A DNA stretch of 55,681 nt, taken from contig NC_068986.1 in NCBI RefSeq assembly GCF_001194135.2, positions 45,640,682-45,696,362 of the forward strand, in the 5' to 3' direction. Within the stretch, counting starts at the first letter, position 1. Each line of letters begins with the position of its first letter. Under the pieces are notes generated by a model, which worked only from the letters and a program-made list of their open reading frames with translations, ran no database searches and was not told the DNA's origin. Origin of the DNA: Octopus bimaculoides. Its lineage: Eukaryota. This document shows positions 44,490 through 55,681 of the stretch, piece after piece. The position numbers were made by a program, and so were the translations under genes.

Positions 44490-45600
44490 AGAGAAGTATT
44501 GTCTTTTTATTCCGACTTAACTCGCAGAAGTAATAATGCATACAACGTTCTCATCAATTTCGAAATACCTATACTTTTCAACATTATAGACAGCAATTGA
44601 TGCACATGTTCTCTGTTTGGTCGACAACTCTTCCTCGGTTGACACTCATGCATGAGATTTTGTCTTGCCCAAACTTCCTCGACAATGTTGTGACTAATTC
44701 CAATTGTCTCTTGATGTTGTTCAAGTATGTATGTATGTATGTATGCATGTATGTATGTATGTATGTATGTATGTATGTATGTATGCGTGCATGGATGCAT
44801 GTATTTTTTTCAGTTTTAAGTTCTTGTTAAGAGAATTGAAGCCGGTTGCTAACAAAACGGCAAGACTTTTTCAGTTAAGAGAGTTCCCAGTGTGTGTAAG
44901 TATGTGGTTCAGTAGGTTTGTTACTTGAACAGTCGATGCATACGCCCAAACATCTTTGGAATGTTTTACAAATCTTCAGTGCTCCACTAATAAATTGGAT
45001 GTGCCGAATCTGCGTCAATTTCTATTGCTCTTTCTCCGTGAAACCGAGTACTTCTAGGTTTTTGTGCAAATTTGTTGGTTATAACCTAATGCACTTATGA
45101 TGACCGATAGAAATGAGAACTCATAGTCAGGGTACAAGAGCTGTAAGTTCCGCATTGTATGTCATTGTTCAGTTTTATTTCAAGATTGCTTGCCAATAGA
45201 GAATGAGCCGGTTTCTAACCTAGATCCAAGGCTCCTTCATTGGAATTTCAATATCAACATCAACATCAACAACAGGGTATGTATGTATGTATGTATGTAT
45301 GTATGTATGTATGTATGTACGTATGTGTGTATGTATGTATGTGTGCAGATTTGTATGTTTTGTTTTATGTATGTATTTTCATGCATATATTTGCATATCT
45401 AGACATGCTCATATACATATATCTAAATGATAAACTTCTGGAAAGTTTTACAGACTATTACAGTTCCAGTGACGAATTGGATCTTTAGTCTTCGAATTAG
45501 CTTTCTCCTTTCTGGTTTTGAGAAGCCTAATTTCTCAAGATTGGTATTTAGGCAGTGTGTTACATATCCCAGGGCCCCAATAATTACAGGTATAAACATG
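44490..45600 (-). mobile_element. Probable Penelope-like remnant interrupted by (TATG)n
   Basis: Degenerate C..C...VDQT (YIGQT-like) motif and Cys-rich linker; heavily decayed. Confidence 0.35.
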
Positions 45601-46300
45601 TACTTGTAATTTGGATAAAGTAACTGCAGATTTCTCTATAGTTCAGCATAGGTATTCTCTTTTCACTGATCTCTTTTTTCTCTTTAATCCCCTTTTCACT
45701 GATCTTCAGCTTTATGTTAACATCTGCTGGGCAGCTAATTTCCATAACTGTACACAGTTTCTCTTTTCTATCTCAAATCATCATATCAGATCTGTTTGCT
45801 TACATTTTATTGAGGTCTTCACTGGGACATTCGAACACGAATGACTGTGGCTTCTACCATACTGTGGGTTCTTATTTCTTTGTCCTCGGGGTTATCCTTC
45901 TGACGGATTTCATTATAGTGTCCTACTTACAACATGTTTCAGCAGTAGATAGTATCGTGATGACATTTTCACACAACTGCTTATGATGTGGGTGATATCT
46001 TCGGCGATAACTCCACAAAGTCTGCATCTGTTGTCACATTTTACTGCTTTCTTTGCATCTCTTTCCCTTTTGTGCATCAGGTATTTGGTTGATATTTCTT
46101 GTTCCTGGATTGCAAACGCATATCCTTCAAAGTGGGCGGTAGTAATCCGGCTATTGGTCCATAATAGACTGATTTTATGATCAATGTTAATATCATCTCG
46201 GAACTTTCTACTAGCATATCCATACAGAGTCTTCTGCTCATATAGGCTCATCCTTTCCTCTGATGATATGTTTGTGTAAGAGGAGTATGATGTGGTAATC
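45600..46300 (-). mobile_element. R4/Dong-like LINE fragment (CCHC and endonuclease region)
   Basis: EGYAFAIQEQEISTKY...CRLCGVIAEDITHIISSCVKMSSRYY. Confidence 0.8.
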
Positions 46301-47569
46301 TGTTCATGGATGTTTCTCCTGGAGGTGAGTGAAAAGACAGTCTTGGTGCAAACACTTCCTCTCTCGGAGGGAATAACAGCAGACTTTTGTGTTCCGTTTT
46401 GTTTGTGAGTGTGGAATATGTGGCAATTGTTTGTTTACGGAAGATTTAGAGGTGAATGGTTCTGGGAATGATGGGGTAAGGGTTGTTCCTGGTGAACTTG
46501 GTTGGGCTGAGATGTTAATACTCCTATTGCTGGGTTGTAACGGTGAAGGACTGGTAAGGGTTGTGGTATCGGAGACAGTAGTAGTAGCTGATGATGACGG
46601 CGACGGCGCTGGCATCGATAATAATGGCGGTGATGCTGCTGGTGGTGACGATAACGATGGCAGCGATGTTGCTTGTGATGATGATGATGGTGATAGCAGT
46701 GGTGTTGTTGGTGATGAAATGGTGATGGTAGTGATGTTGCTGGTGATGGGTATGAGGAATTGGTTGTCATAGTTATCATGGAGTGAGCAGATTTTGTTAT
46801 GTGGGCATTAGTAGGTTGGAAAGTTAACAGGTCAGTAGTGGTAGGTTGTTTTCCTTTAGTAGAATTGGCGAATATTAAGTGGAGTATTGTAAGATGCTCC
46901 TTAATGGTAAGATTTCGAAATATGCTTTCATTTAGATTCCACTTGTTTTGCTGTTCGATTGTCAAAAAGTGGGACAATTTTAGAAGCAACGTCATTGAGG
47001 TATGACGTTTGTGTGTTGGCTTTTTGCGAAAGGTCAAGTCAGCTGTTGAGTAGAATAGCAATTTCCTTCTCTGTCCAGTGAAGTTTCTTTTGGGCTATTT
47101 TGCTCATGGTGATAGTAGTTGCTGTCTTTTCTTTTGTTCGTGTTGCTAGTCAATAATTTAGGTGGATTCACTTTTTTTTTCATCCACTATGTGATGGAGA
47201 AAAATTAATTTTGAAAGTGAAGGGATCTTTTCAATTTTGACGGCCAGATTTTTTATTTATTTTTTTAAACTAAATACTTTGAAACTTTGGAAACTGGTAG
47301 AATGTGTCACATAGAACAGGGTTTACTCTTAACGCTTTTGACAAAATTTTGTATTTTAGAAGTTATTTCGTGTTAAAGTTGTATTTGGGTAATTTTAACC
47401 AATCAATGACTTGTATTCAGCAGAACATTACTGCTTCTGTTTGCGAAAAACGACTTCCCGGTCAACTCCCCTAACAAAACCCTTCTTTAATAAGAAGGCT
47501 GGATCACTGAGCTGTGTAGTGACATCTATTTGGTGGCCAAAATAAATGACCACCTATCGGAATCGTTTA

Positions 47570-48813
47570 TCAATGCACGTTCGGTCTGTTAAGCGTACCC
47601 ACTCGCACCCCATCTGTACTTGCTGGTTCTTGAGCCATTACTAAGGAGGTTGGTCATTTCGAGGGTCATCTTGTGTGAACTTGGATGCGGAAGGTTTGAT
47701 TCAGTTTATGTGGACGACGTCACCGCATAGTGTCGGACATCTTGGAAATCGAGGTGATCGTCACTGCTCTAAGGGAATACGAAGCGGTGACAGGAGCAAA
47801 GTCGGTGGCCTGCAACTCTGCACCTAGAGAAGCAGGTTCATGCAAACCGAAAGCTTCGTAAGACACTTGAAGAAAGGACAGGTTAAATTGTTCCAAACCG
47901 CCAGGTAGACAAGAGCAGTCAGAGATATGCACAGGGCGATGAAACCGTTCTGTATGCACTCGCCCAGTGTTCTGGCATTGCTTTGTGGAGCTTTGTCGAA
48001 TAGCTGTAGGATAGATCCAGTTGTCAGCCGAGACCGTCTTGAAGATCATTCTACTGGCTTGCAACTCTACACCTAGAGAAGCAGGTTCATGCAAACCGAA
48101 AGCTTCGTAAGACACTTGAAGAAAGGACAGGTTAAATTGTTCCAAACCGCCAGGTAGACAAGAGCAGTCAGAGATATGCACAGGGCGATGAAACCGTTCT
48201 GTATGCACTCGCCCAGTGTTCTGGCATTGCTTTGTGGAGCTTTGTCGAATAGCTGTAGGATAGATCCAGCGGTCAGCCGAGACCGTATTGAAGATCATTC
48301 CACTGCCTTCTTTTGGACGAGAAGGGAAGGCAGTTTTATTCTGTCTAGTGTTTATGGTGAAAGAGGTAGTGCAGTGGACGAGGGTGAAAGGAGTGAAGAA
48401 AGATACTCTCCTCTTCGAACAAACCATCATTGATTCGAAAAGAGAAGTTGTGATGTAGAGGGAAGTGTTATCTCTCACTCAGTACTTTTGTTGAAAGGTA
48501 TGTGAATGTGGAAAGGATGGCCCGTGTGAATGGGCCTACTCTGAGCACACACTTGTAAGCTGGAAAAGTTGAGAAGGAGTGAGGTGCTTCCCTGAGGTGC
48601 TCCTGGTGGTCGGGGTGATCAGGATGTGTGGAGTCCCTTGGTTGGCCCTGAGAGGTTTTCCCCTTTTGGGGAATTTTATTTTCAAATTATTGCCCTTGTT
48701 ATTGTTTTATTTAAATCTATACACGAATATTGTGCTGAGCCCCACCAGGTCCTTGTGTTGTATTGTCCAGTTTTGTTTAGTGTTCTGCCAATAAAGAAAA
48801 GATTATTATTATT
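47570..48813 (+). mobile_element. L1/Tx1-like LINE fragment with a 249-bp tandem duplication, 3' UTR, AATAAA and (ATT)n end
   Basis: RSVC*AYPLAPHLYLLVLEPLLRRL (RT domain 4), YVDDVT (RT domain 5), YEAVTGAK, VERMARVNGPT; 47812-48060 is repeated at 48061-48300. Confidence 0.8.
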
Positions 48814-50195
48814 TTGGTTTGTCTCAGTTTCGGTCTTATTCCTGGTAGGGATTATGGAGATAGCGGGTTACTATCAGTATACTTAGGTATTCACAAGTTT
48901 TCAGCAGTCTTTCAAGTGCTTAGTACCCTCCTGATAATCCTTGCTGTTCCTAAGAGACAAACGTTCTGTAGAAACTGTACCAGGCATTCTATTTCAATCT
49001 CTCTCTCAGCCATTTGTCTATACCTTGGCTTACTTCCCCGGCGCACCAATTATTACAGGCACGACTGTTACTGTTCCAACGCTCCAAATTCTTCCCATTT
49101 CAAATTTTAGGGGTTTGTATTCTTTTTTGTTTTTCTTCCTCTTTCTTAACGATCCAGGAATCAAATGGGAATGATGGGTCGATAAGTAAGCAACTTTACT
49201 TTTCCTTATCTATGATTGTAATATCTGGTCTATTGTTTTCTAATGTCTTGTCTGTTTGAAGTGGAAAGTCCCACAAAATCTTAAATTTCTCCGACTCTAG
49301 TACTCTTTCGATTCGATGATTGGCATTATATTTCCCTGGCTTCTTTCAAATCTTCCTACTTTCATTGTCAATCGACTCTAGTACGCTTCCGATTCGATGA
49401 TGTGTTTCCAGCTTTAAATCCCATTTCTGGCACAGTTTCCTGTGTAAATCTTTTACAACCTGGTCGTGCCACCATTTCTTATATTCTTCCTGTGTCAACT
49501 TGGGGCATTCTGTCATAATGTGTGCTACTGTCTCGTTCCAAGTTACACAGCCGCTAAATTTTTCTTCAGTGGCTCTCCAAAGTTGGCCATGCAGAGGTTT
49601 CTCTTCGATCTGTCTGACGTGCTCTCTTTGTATATCAGTTCTGTCCTTTTTACGCGCTTCATCACCTGCTCTTTCTTAACTCCCCTTTTCAGTGGAGTGA
49701 CCCATATCTAGTTAGCAACTTCCTTGTCCTGCTGTCTAAGCTGTTTAGTTCGTCTGCTGTCCATGCGATTACGCCTGCTCCATATCTAAGGAGGGAAACC
49801 GCCCAAGAGTTGATAGCTTCAATCTTATTCCGCCCGTTTAATTTCGACTTAAGGATCAGTCTCAGTCTGCGCAAGTATCCCACCTTAAATTTTTCTGTCA
49901 TTTTTTTCTCCATCAATTTATCCATTTCCAAAATCCCTAAGTACTTATAGCCTGTCTCTTCTATCTGTTTCATAACCTCTCCCGACGGTATCGTTAAACC
50001 GTCCATACATTTGATTTTGCCTCTCTTCAAGACTAATACACCACACTTTCTCAGTCCGAACTCCATTCTGATATCAGCACTGAAGGTATACTCTGTATCA
50101 ACGAGGGAACTGACTTGGGCTTCGTCTTTACCATAAAGTTTGAGGTCATCCATGAATAACAAATGTTTTTGTTGGCGGCTTTTGAATACATACCC
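48802..50195 (-). mobile_element. R4/Dong-like LINE, 5'-truncated, ending in (TAA)n
   Basis: LFMDDLKLY...MEFGLRKC...YKYLG...GRNKIEAINSWAVSLLRYG; VPVIIGAPG; LLGTARIIRRVL. Confidence 0.9.
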
Positions 50196-50199
50196 AGCT

Positions 50200-52194
50200 T
50201 TTGCTATTTTTGTTATTATATAACTGTTAATATTTGGTAGATTGAGGCAAATTTCTACTGCCTCATCTTCTACACCACTGTGTGCTGGGGTGTGTGCAGC
50301 ATTGTGTTTTCTTTTTCTGCTGTTGGAAGTGTGCGAACTCTTCCCGGTACTGTATTGTGTTATGTTTTTTCCTTGGGGTGTGGTGCTGTCTTTTGTTGTG
50401 TTATTGCTTATATTGTGTGGTGAGTGTGTAATGCTTTAGTTTCGTGCTTGCTGGTGGGAGTTTTTGCACCGAGTAAATGTATATAGTGTCTTGTATTTGT
50501 GGGCTGTCTTGTTTAGGTTGTATTATTGTATTGATAGTGTCTTGTGTAGGATGTGGGCAGTTTCTAGCAGGGCTATTTTTTGGACAGTGTATAGCGTTGA
50601 GGATCTAGACATAGCGTCTACATTTTTGTTCAGGTGATTTTGTATCATGCCCAATGCTCCAATTATTTTTGATATTGTTTTTCCATTCATGCCCCACATT
50701 TTGAATACTTCAAATTCGAGGTCTTTGTACTTCGACAATTTCTCCACTTCTTTTTTGACAATATTTTGATTACAAGGGACTGCAATGTCTATAAGAAAGC
50801 AGGTGTTTGCCCCCAATCCTTGACTAGCGATTAGCTTTGATTTCTTTGTCAGTTTGAACTGGCCTATCCCAGATGATTGTGACCTGATCATGTCTTGTAC
50901 TTTGCTTGGAACATGCTTATACTACCAGCTGTTAGTTTTGATGTAATGTTAGCATATTGTCCAGTGGATATAATTGCTTACTTTGTCGTGCCTGTATACA
51001 TATTCAGACGTGGCAAGGACTGGGCAGCCCAAAATGATGTGGTCAATTGTCTCATTGTACTGGTTGCACATTTTGCATTTGGTGTTGAGGCCTGTTTTCA
51101 TTATTTTGTTTTTATAATTGTTTATAGTCAGGTATTGATCTTGTACAGCGATAGTCATTCCATCGGTTTCGGCTTTTAGTCTATAGCTTTTGAGACATTG
51201 TTGGTTTTTACTTAGGCTCACTTCCTCTCTGTCAAGCCTTGCAGAGTATTATCCATGAAGTGATATTTCTCTTTATTTCTTCTACAGTATCGTTTGTAAT
51301 TTAGTTTTCATGTTGCTTTTTTGTCTCTCTAAACATTTCTTCTATGTTGTTATTTGAGGTCAGTGTAGTTTGCTTCTGTGAGTGTGTCAGTGCCAGTGTA
51401 GTTTGCTTCTGTTTTGTATTTTGTTACTTTCTTGTGTATAGAGAAAAGCGTTTTCTTTTTCTCATGTTTATTTACTACATACAGTAGTCTTCCACTGTTT
51501 GTTTCTAAGTACTTTGCTAGTCCAACTGTTGTTATTTTATAGTAGTTTCTTTATCAAACGACAGCTGCCTTCTGAGCGGGGTAGATATATTCTGTCTACG
51601 TCTGATTTGAAGATGGTGACTTCAGTACGTTGTTAGTAGTTTTCTGGTTTTTCTATCTAGGTTTCTCAATTCACTGATCTTACAGTTTATTATATTAAAG
51701 CTGTAATTTATGACTGGTATGGCTAGTGTGTTTATCCCTATTATCCTATTTTATTTTTAGCATTAAGTTCAGTGTTTAATTTTAGTCTAACTCTTCTGTA
51801 ATAGTCTCTCCTAATTTTCTCTTTCATTTTTGTGCGTTGTATTTTAGCTGTTTCTTCTATTCCCAAATATTTGTGTGGGCGGTTGTGGTCTATTTCTCTG
51901 ATTTCTGTGTCTATGTCGAGTGCAGTGTTTTCAGTGCTGACTAATTTGCCTCTTCTCAGTGTGACTCCGGCACATTTGTCCAGCTCCATGCTCATTCCGA
52001 TGTCATAGCTGAAACTCTAAACATTTTGAGAATGTTTCTCTGTACCATGGTGTTTTTAGCGAAAGGTTTTAGGTCATCCATTTACAGGAAATGGTTTCTT
52101 TTTTTGTCCGTAGCACCTATAACTCTTGGTGGTTTCGTTTAATAAGATTGTTAGCAGGGTCAGAGAAACGGAGAAACGCAGGGGTGACACAGTT
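50200..52194 (-). mobile_element. R4/Dong-like LINE, 5'-truncated
   Basis: MDDLK, MELDKCA, KYLG, CKMCNQYNETIDHIILGCP..YRHD, FLIDIAVPCNQNIVKKEVEKLSKYKDL. Confidence 0.9.
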
Positions 52195-52250
52195 CCTGAT
52201 TTCACTTACTAAAATTAACCGAATTACTGAATTACTGAATTAACCGAAGA

Positions 52251-53458
52251 AAGTGAAATCAGGAGCTTTGAGAAGTAAAATAGAAATAATGTGGACTTTT
52301 ACAACTGGCATTAAAATAAAAATTGCCACAATTGGCCTAGACACTTACCTAAAAAACTCTGAGGACTGGATGTCAAAACATGAAAACAAGAAAACATCAT
52401 ACTCAGTAACAAAACAGGCAAAGGAATATCTAAGTGAATTCCAAATACAACAAATTCCAAAATTAGACTTACGAGAAACAACCGCAGAAAAAGCTAAGCG
52501 CATGAAAACCCGTGCTAAAACTGCTGCCTTTGATATTCTGACTGATAAATGGCAAGAAAGATTTCTCAATGACAAATACCCAAAGAGAGCGAATAATGCT
52601 GATGTTGACAAAGCCCTTACCCATCAATGGCTAATGGCTTCTAGCTTAAAATCTGAAACAGAAGGGTTTATCATAGCAGCCCAAATCAATGCCTACCTAC
52701 TACGAACTACCAGGCCAACATATTAAAGAACGGCAGCTTCCAAACATGTTGTGTATGTCAACAACAAAATGAAACCATTGATCATGTTGTCTCCAAGTGC
52801 AGTCTTCTTGCGCCTACAGAATATCTCAACAGGCATGATAGAGCTACACAATATATTCACTGGGTAATTTGCAAACACCTGGACTTGCCCCATGATAAAA
52901 ACTGGTGGGAACACAAAGCACCTCTAGTGCTTGAAAAGGATCACATCTCACTTCTCTGGAACTTCACCAGTCAAACTGACAGAAAGATAGATGCAAATAG
53001 GCCAGACATCATATTGAAACACTTCAGACAAAAATCATGCCTGCTCATTGATATGACTGTCCCAACCGATATAAACGTATCTGTCAAGACCTATCAAAAA
53101 CTGAGCAAGTATAAAGATCTTGAAACAGAAATTAGCAAAATGTGGAACCTGATGACTAAAACAATACCTGTTGTCATAGGTGCCCTGGGAATGATAGCAA
53201 AAGGGGCTGATTGCTACCTAGCTCAGATACCAGGAAACCCCAAAATGATAGAAATTCAAAAGATAGTGCTCATGGGAACTGCCCCACATATTTTTCTTAT
53301 GGTTTCTTAAACATTCTCTAGAACAACACTATGTACAAAACCAAATATATGGCACCCTAGGCATAACACTAACATGAACTTCTCACTTGTTGTCTATTGA
53401 GGTCTCTGGGTGAGACTTGGAGCCAACTTGTACAAATTCAATGCAAAAGTCAAATATA
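52251..53458 (+). mobile_element. R4/Dong-like LINE 3' portion
   Basis: LKSETEGFIIAAQ, C.VCQQQNETIDHVVSKC..RHD, RPDII...LIDMTVPTDINVSVKTYQKLSKYKDL, IPVVIGALG. Confidence 0.9.
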
Positions 53459-53576
<118 letters not shown>

Positions 53577-53669
53577 TAGCTGGACCCGTGAAAAATTCAC
53601 AGAAAACATGAAAAATGTAAGCAGCTGTAAAGAGTGTACTGGTGCCATGAGAAATGTTTGTATATTATG

Positions 53670-54239
53670 ACTGTCTGTCTTTACGTACTGAGTTCAAATT
53701 TCACCGAGGTCGACTTTGCCTTTCGTCCTTTAGGAGTCGATAAATTAAATACCAGTTGTGTACTGGGGTCGATCTAATCAACTGTCCTCGTCCCCACAAA
53801 GATTTCAGGCCTAGAAAAGTATATTGTGGCAGTTACAGAATATAGAAAGTAACGTAACACCAATGACTATTTAATCCAACAAAAATATCTCAGTTACACA
53901 AACGTAAACAGAATTACTATTGAGCCTTAAAATACATCGTACATATTCAAAGAACCTTCTTGGTTTATTGGTGCAGAACGTTTTTCTGGTATTCTTTTAT
54001 TCTTTTACTTGTTTCAGTCATTTGACAGTGGCCATGCTGGAGCACAACCCTTTAGTCGAAGAAATTTACCCCTGGACTTATTGCCTGTAAGCCTGGTGCT
54101 TATTCTATCAGTCTCTTCTACTGAACAACTAAACTACAGGGACGCAAACGCACCAACATCGGTTGTCAAGCAATGGTGGTGGTGGGACAAACACAGACAC
54201 CCCCACCCCCACACATACATACATACATACATACATACA

Positions 54240-54306
<67 letters not shown>

Positions 54307-54310
54307 ATAT
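53670..54310 (+). mobile_element. SINE family A fragment (53670-53830) and SINE family C with (TACA)n tail (54000-54310)
   Basis: gagttcaaatttcaccgaggtcgactttgcc; ttttacttgtttcagtcatttgacagtggccatgctggagcac...ggttgtcaagc. Confidence 0.75.
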
Positions 54311-54736
54311 ATATAGAAATTAAATTCCTGTTTGGTTCACTAGACTATTGATTAACAGCTCAATCAAGATGGTATTTTCTTCATCTCCTACTTTTGTATT
54401 TGCCCACATTTACAAAATGACTNNNNNNNNNNNNNNNNNNNNNNNNNNNNNNNNNNNNNNNNNNNNNNNNNNNNNNNNNNNNNNNNNNNNNNNNNNNNNN
54501 NNNNNNNNNNNNNNNNNNNNNNNNNNNNNNNNNNNNNNNNNNNNNNNNNNNNNNNNNNNNNNNNNNNNNNNNNNNNNNNNNNNNNNNNNNNNNNNNNNNN
54601 NNNNNNNNNNNNNNNNNNNNNNNNNNNNNNTATATATATAATACAAATAATATGTGAGTATATGCATATGTACGTACATGTATGTACGTACATGTATGTA
54701 CATACTTACATCTACATGTGTATATAGATGCATATC

Positions 54737-55560
54737 TGGGTACAGGACGTTACAAAAAAACGTGGACAAAATGAAAAACAAAACATAAACAGAGCACAGA
54801 AAACACACAGGCCACATATAGAACATTTCCTTCATCAGCTGCCACCATACTAAAACTAAGCGTTTTGAAGAGTTAGGGCAGGACGCATTGTTAGAATGGC
54901 TTTTCCCGCGGAAGCAAATTAAATTTGTAACGCGGAAGAATGTAGCGGCGAGCAGAAAACAAGACAGGAAAAGGAAAAAGTGAAAATAAACAAGAAGGGC
55001 TAAAAGGCCAGACGTGAAAAAAATATATATGTGTATACTGAATGCTGTGATGTGACGAACTGGAAGAGAGAAGAAGAAAGTTCGTGCGAGCTTGGCAATG
55101 GCCAAGATAGGAAAGGAAGTAGTAGCCGGACACATGTGACCAGCATATATATATAAATAATATATAAATAATGCATATATCCATACATATATGTACATAC
55201 CTACATATATATGTATACATACATGCATATATGGGTACAGGACATAAAAAAGACGTTAGACACAATGAGAAACGAAAACATAAAAACGAAAACAGAAAAC
55301 GAACTTTTTTAGAACAACGAAAAAGCAAACAGAGAAACGAGACATGCAACATAAAGACTATACTCCTTCGTCAGTTGTCCCTGTTCCATCTACTCCGCGT
55401 TTCAAAGGCAAGGACAATACGCGACTTCGTTGGAGCAGTCCTTCCCGCAAAGCAAATTAAATATAATTTGGAATTTTTTGCGGAGGGTGAAAGTGTTAAC
55501 AAGAACTGGACAGTGAGAACAAGACAGTAAGAACAGTGAGAACAAGACAGTAAAAACTAA
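54737..55560. repeat. Two diverged tandem units (about 500 bp period) of an unclassified repeat separated by TA-rich microsatellite
   Basis: gggtacaggac at about 54737 and 55233; cctt(c)..cag..cttcccgc..aagcaaattaaat in both units. Confidence 0.6.
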
Positions 55561-55681
55561 CGGTGAGGGCTGTTGAGCCAAGTTGATAGAAAAATGATTA
55601 TGAACGCTAAGTAGACGTGCCATGAGAGAAGAGACAGAAAAAACACGTCTTTTCTTTAGGAAGGCAGTGGACAGAAAGAGA

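Noticed and set aside
47720-48478. Longest gap-free ORF (252 aa, minus strand) as a protein-coding gene
   Set aside because: It is antisense to a recognisable L1/Tx1 RT and inflated by the 249-bp duplication.
52208-52250. Short regular repeats that might suggest a CRISPR-like array (also 22789-22959)
   Set aside because: No unique spacers between identical repeats, eukaryotic context, and no cas genes.
55360-55415. Minus-strand GAAACGCG...CTGACGA resembling a permuted (type II) hammerhead
   Set aside because: No convincing stem I or stem II pairing in this copy or in the sister unit at about 54826-54886.

Overview
AT-rich animal genomic DNA with scaffold N-gaps and many microsatellites, SINEs and decayed transposons. 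The repeat families look like those of Octopus (inference from remembered repeat consensus, not from a search). The main feature is missing from the ORF track: the 3' part of a + strand spliced gene built from eight tiny exons (64-95 nt) spread over 167-38744. Their splice phases join perfectly (2-1-2-1-2-1-2-1-stop) into a 220-aa C-terminal fragment. It contains 3.5 tandem copies of a ~52-56 aa Cys-rich domain, each encoded by an exon pair, and ends in a GPI-anchor-like signal. I do not recognise the family. The introns and the downstream 16 kb hold a DD37E Tc1-like element, mariners, two Gypsy elements, and a full-length hAT (TIRs and 8-bp TSD) inserted into a Penelope GIY-YIG ORF. They also hold CR1-like, L1/Tx1-like and several R4/Dong-like LINEs, and two minimal hammerhead-ribozyme motifs. 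No rRNA, true tRNA or CRISPR array was found. Boundaries of degraded repeats are approximate.
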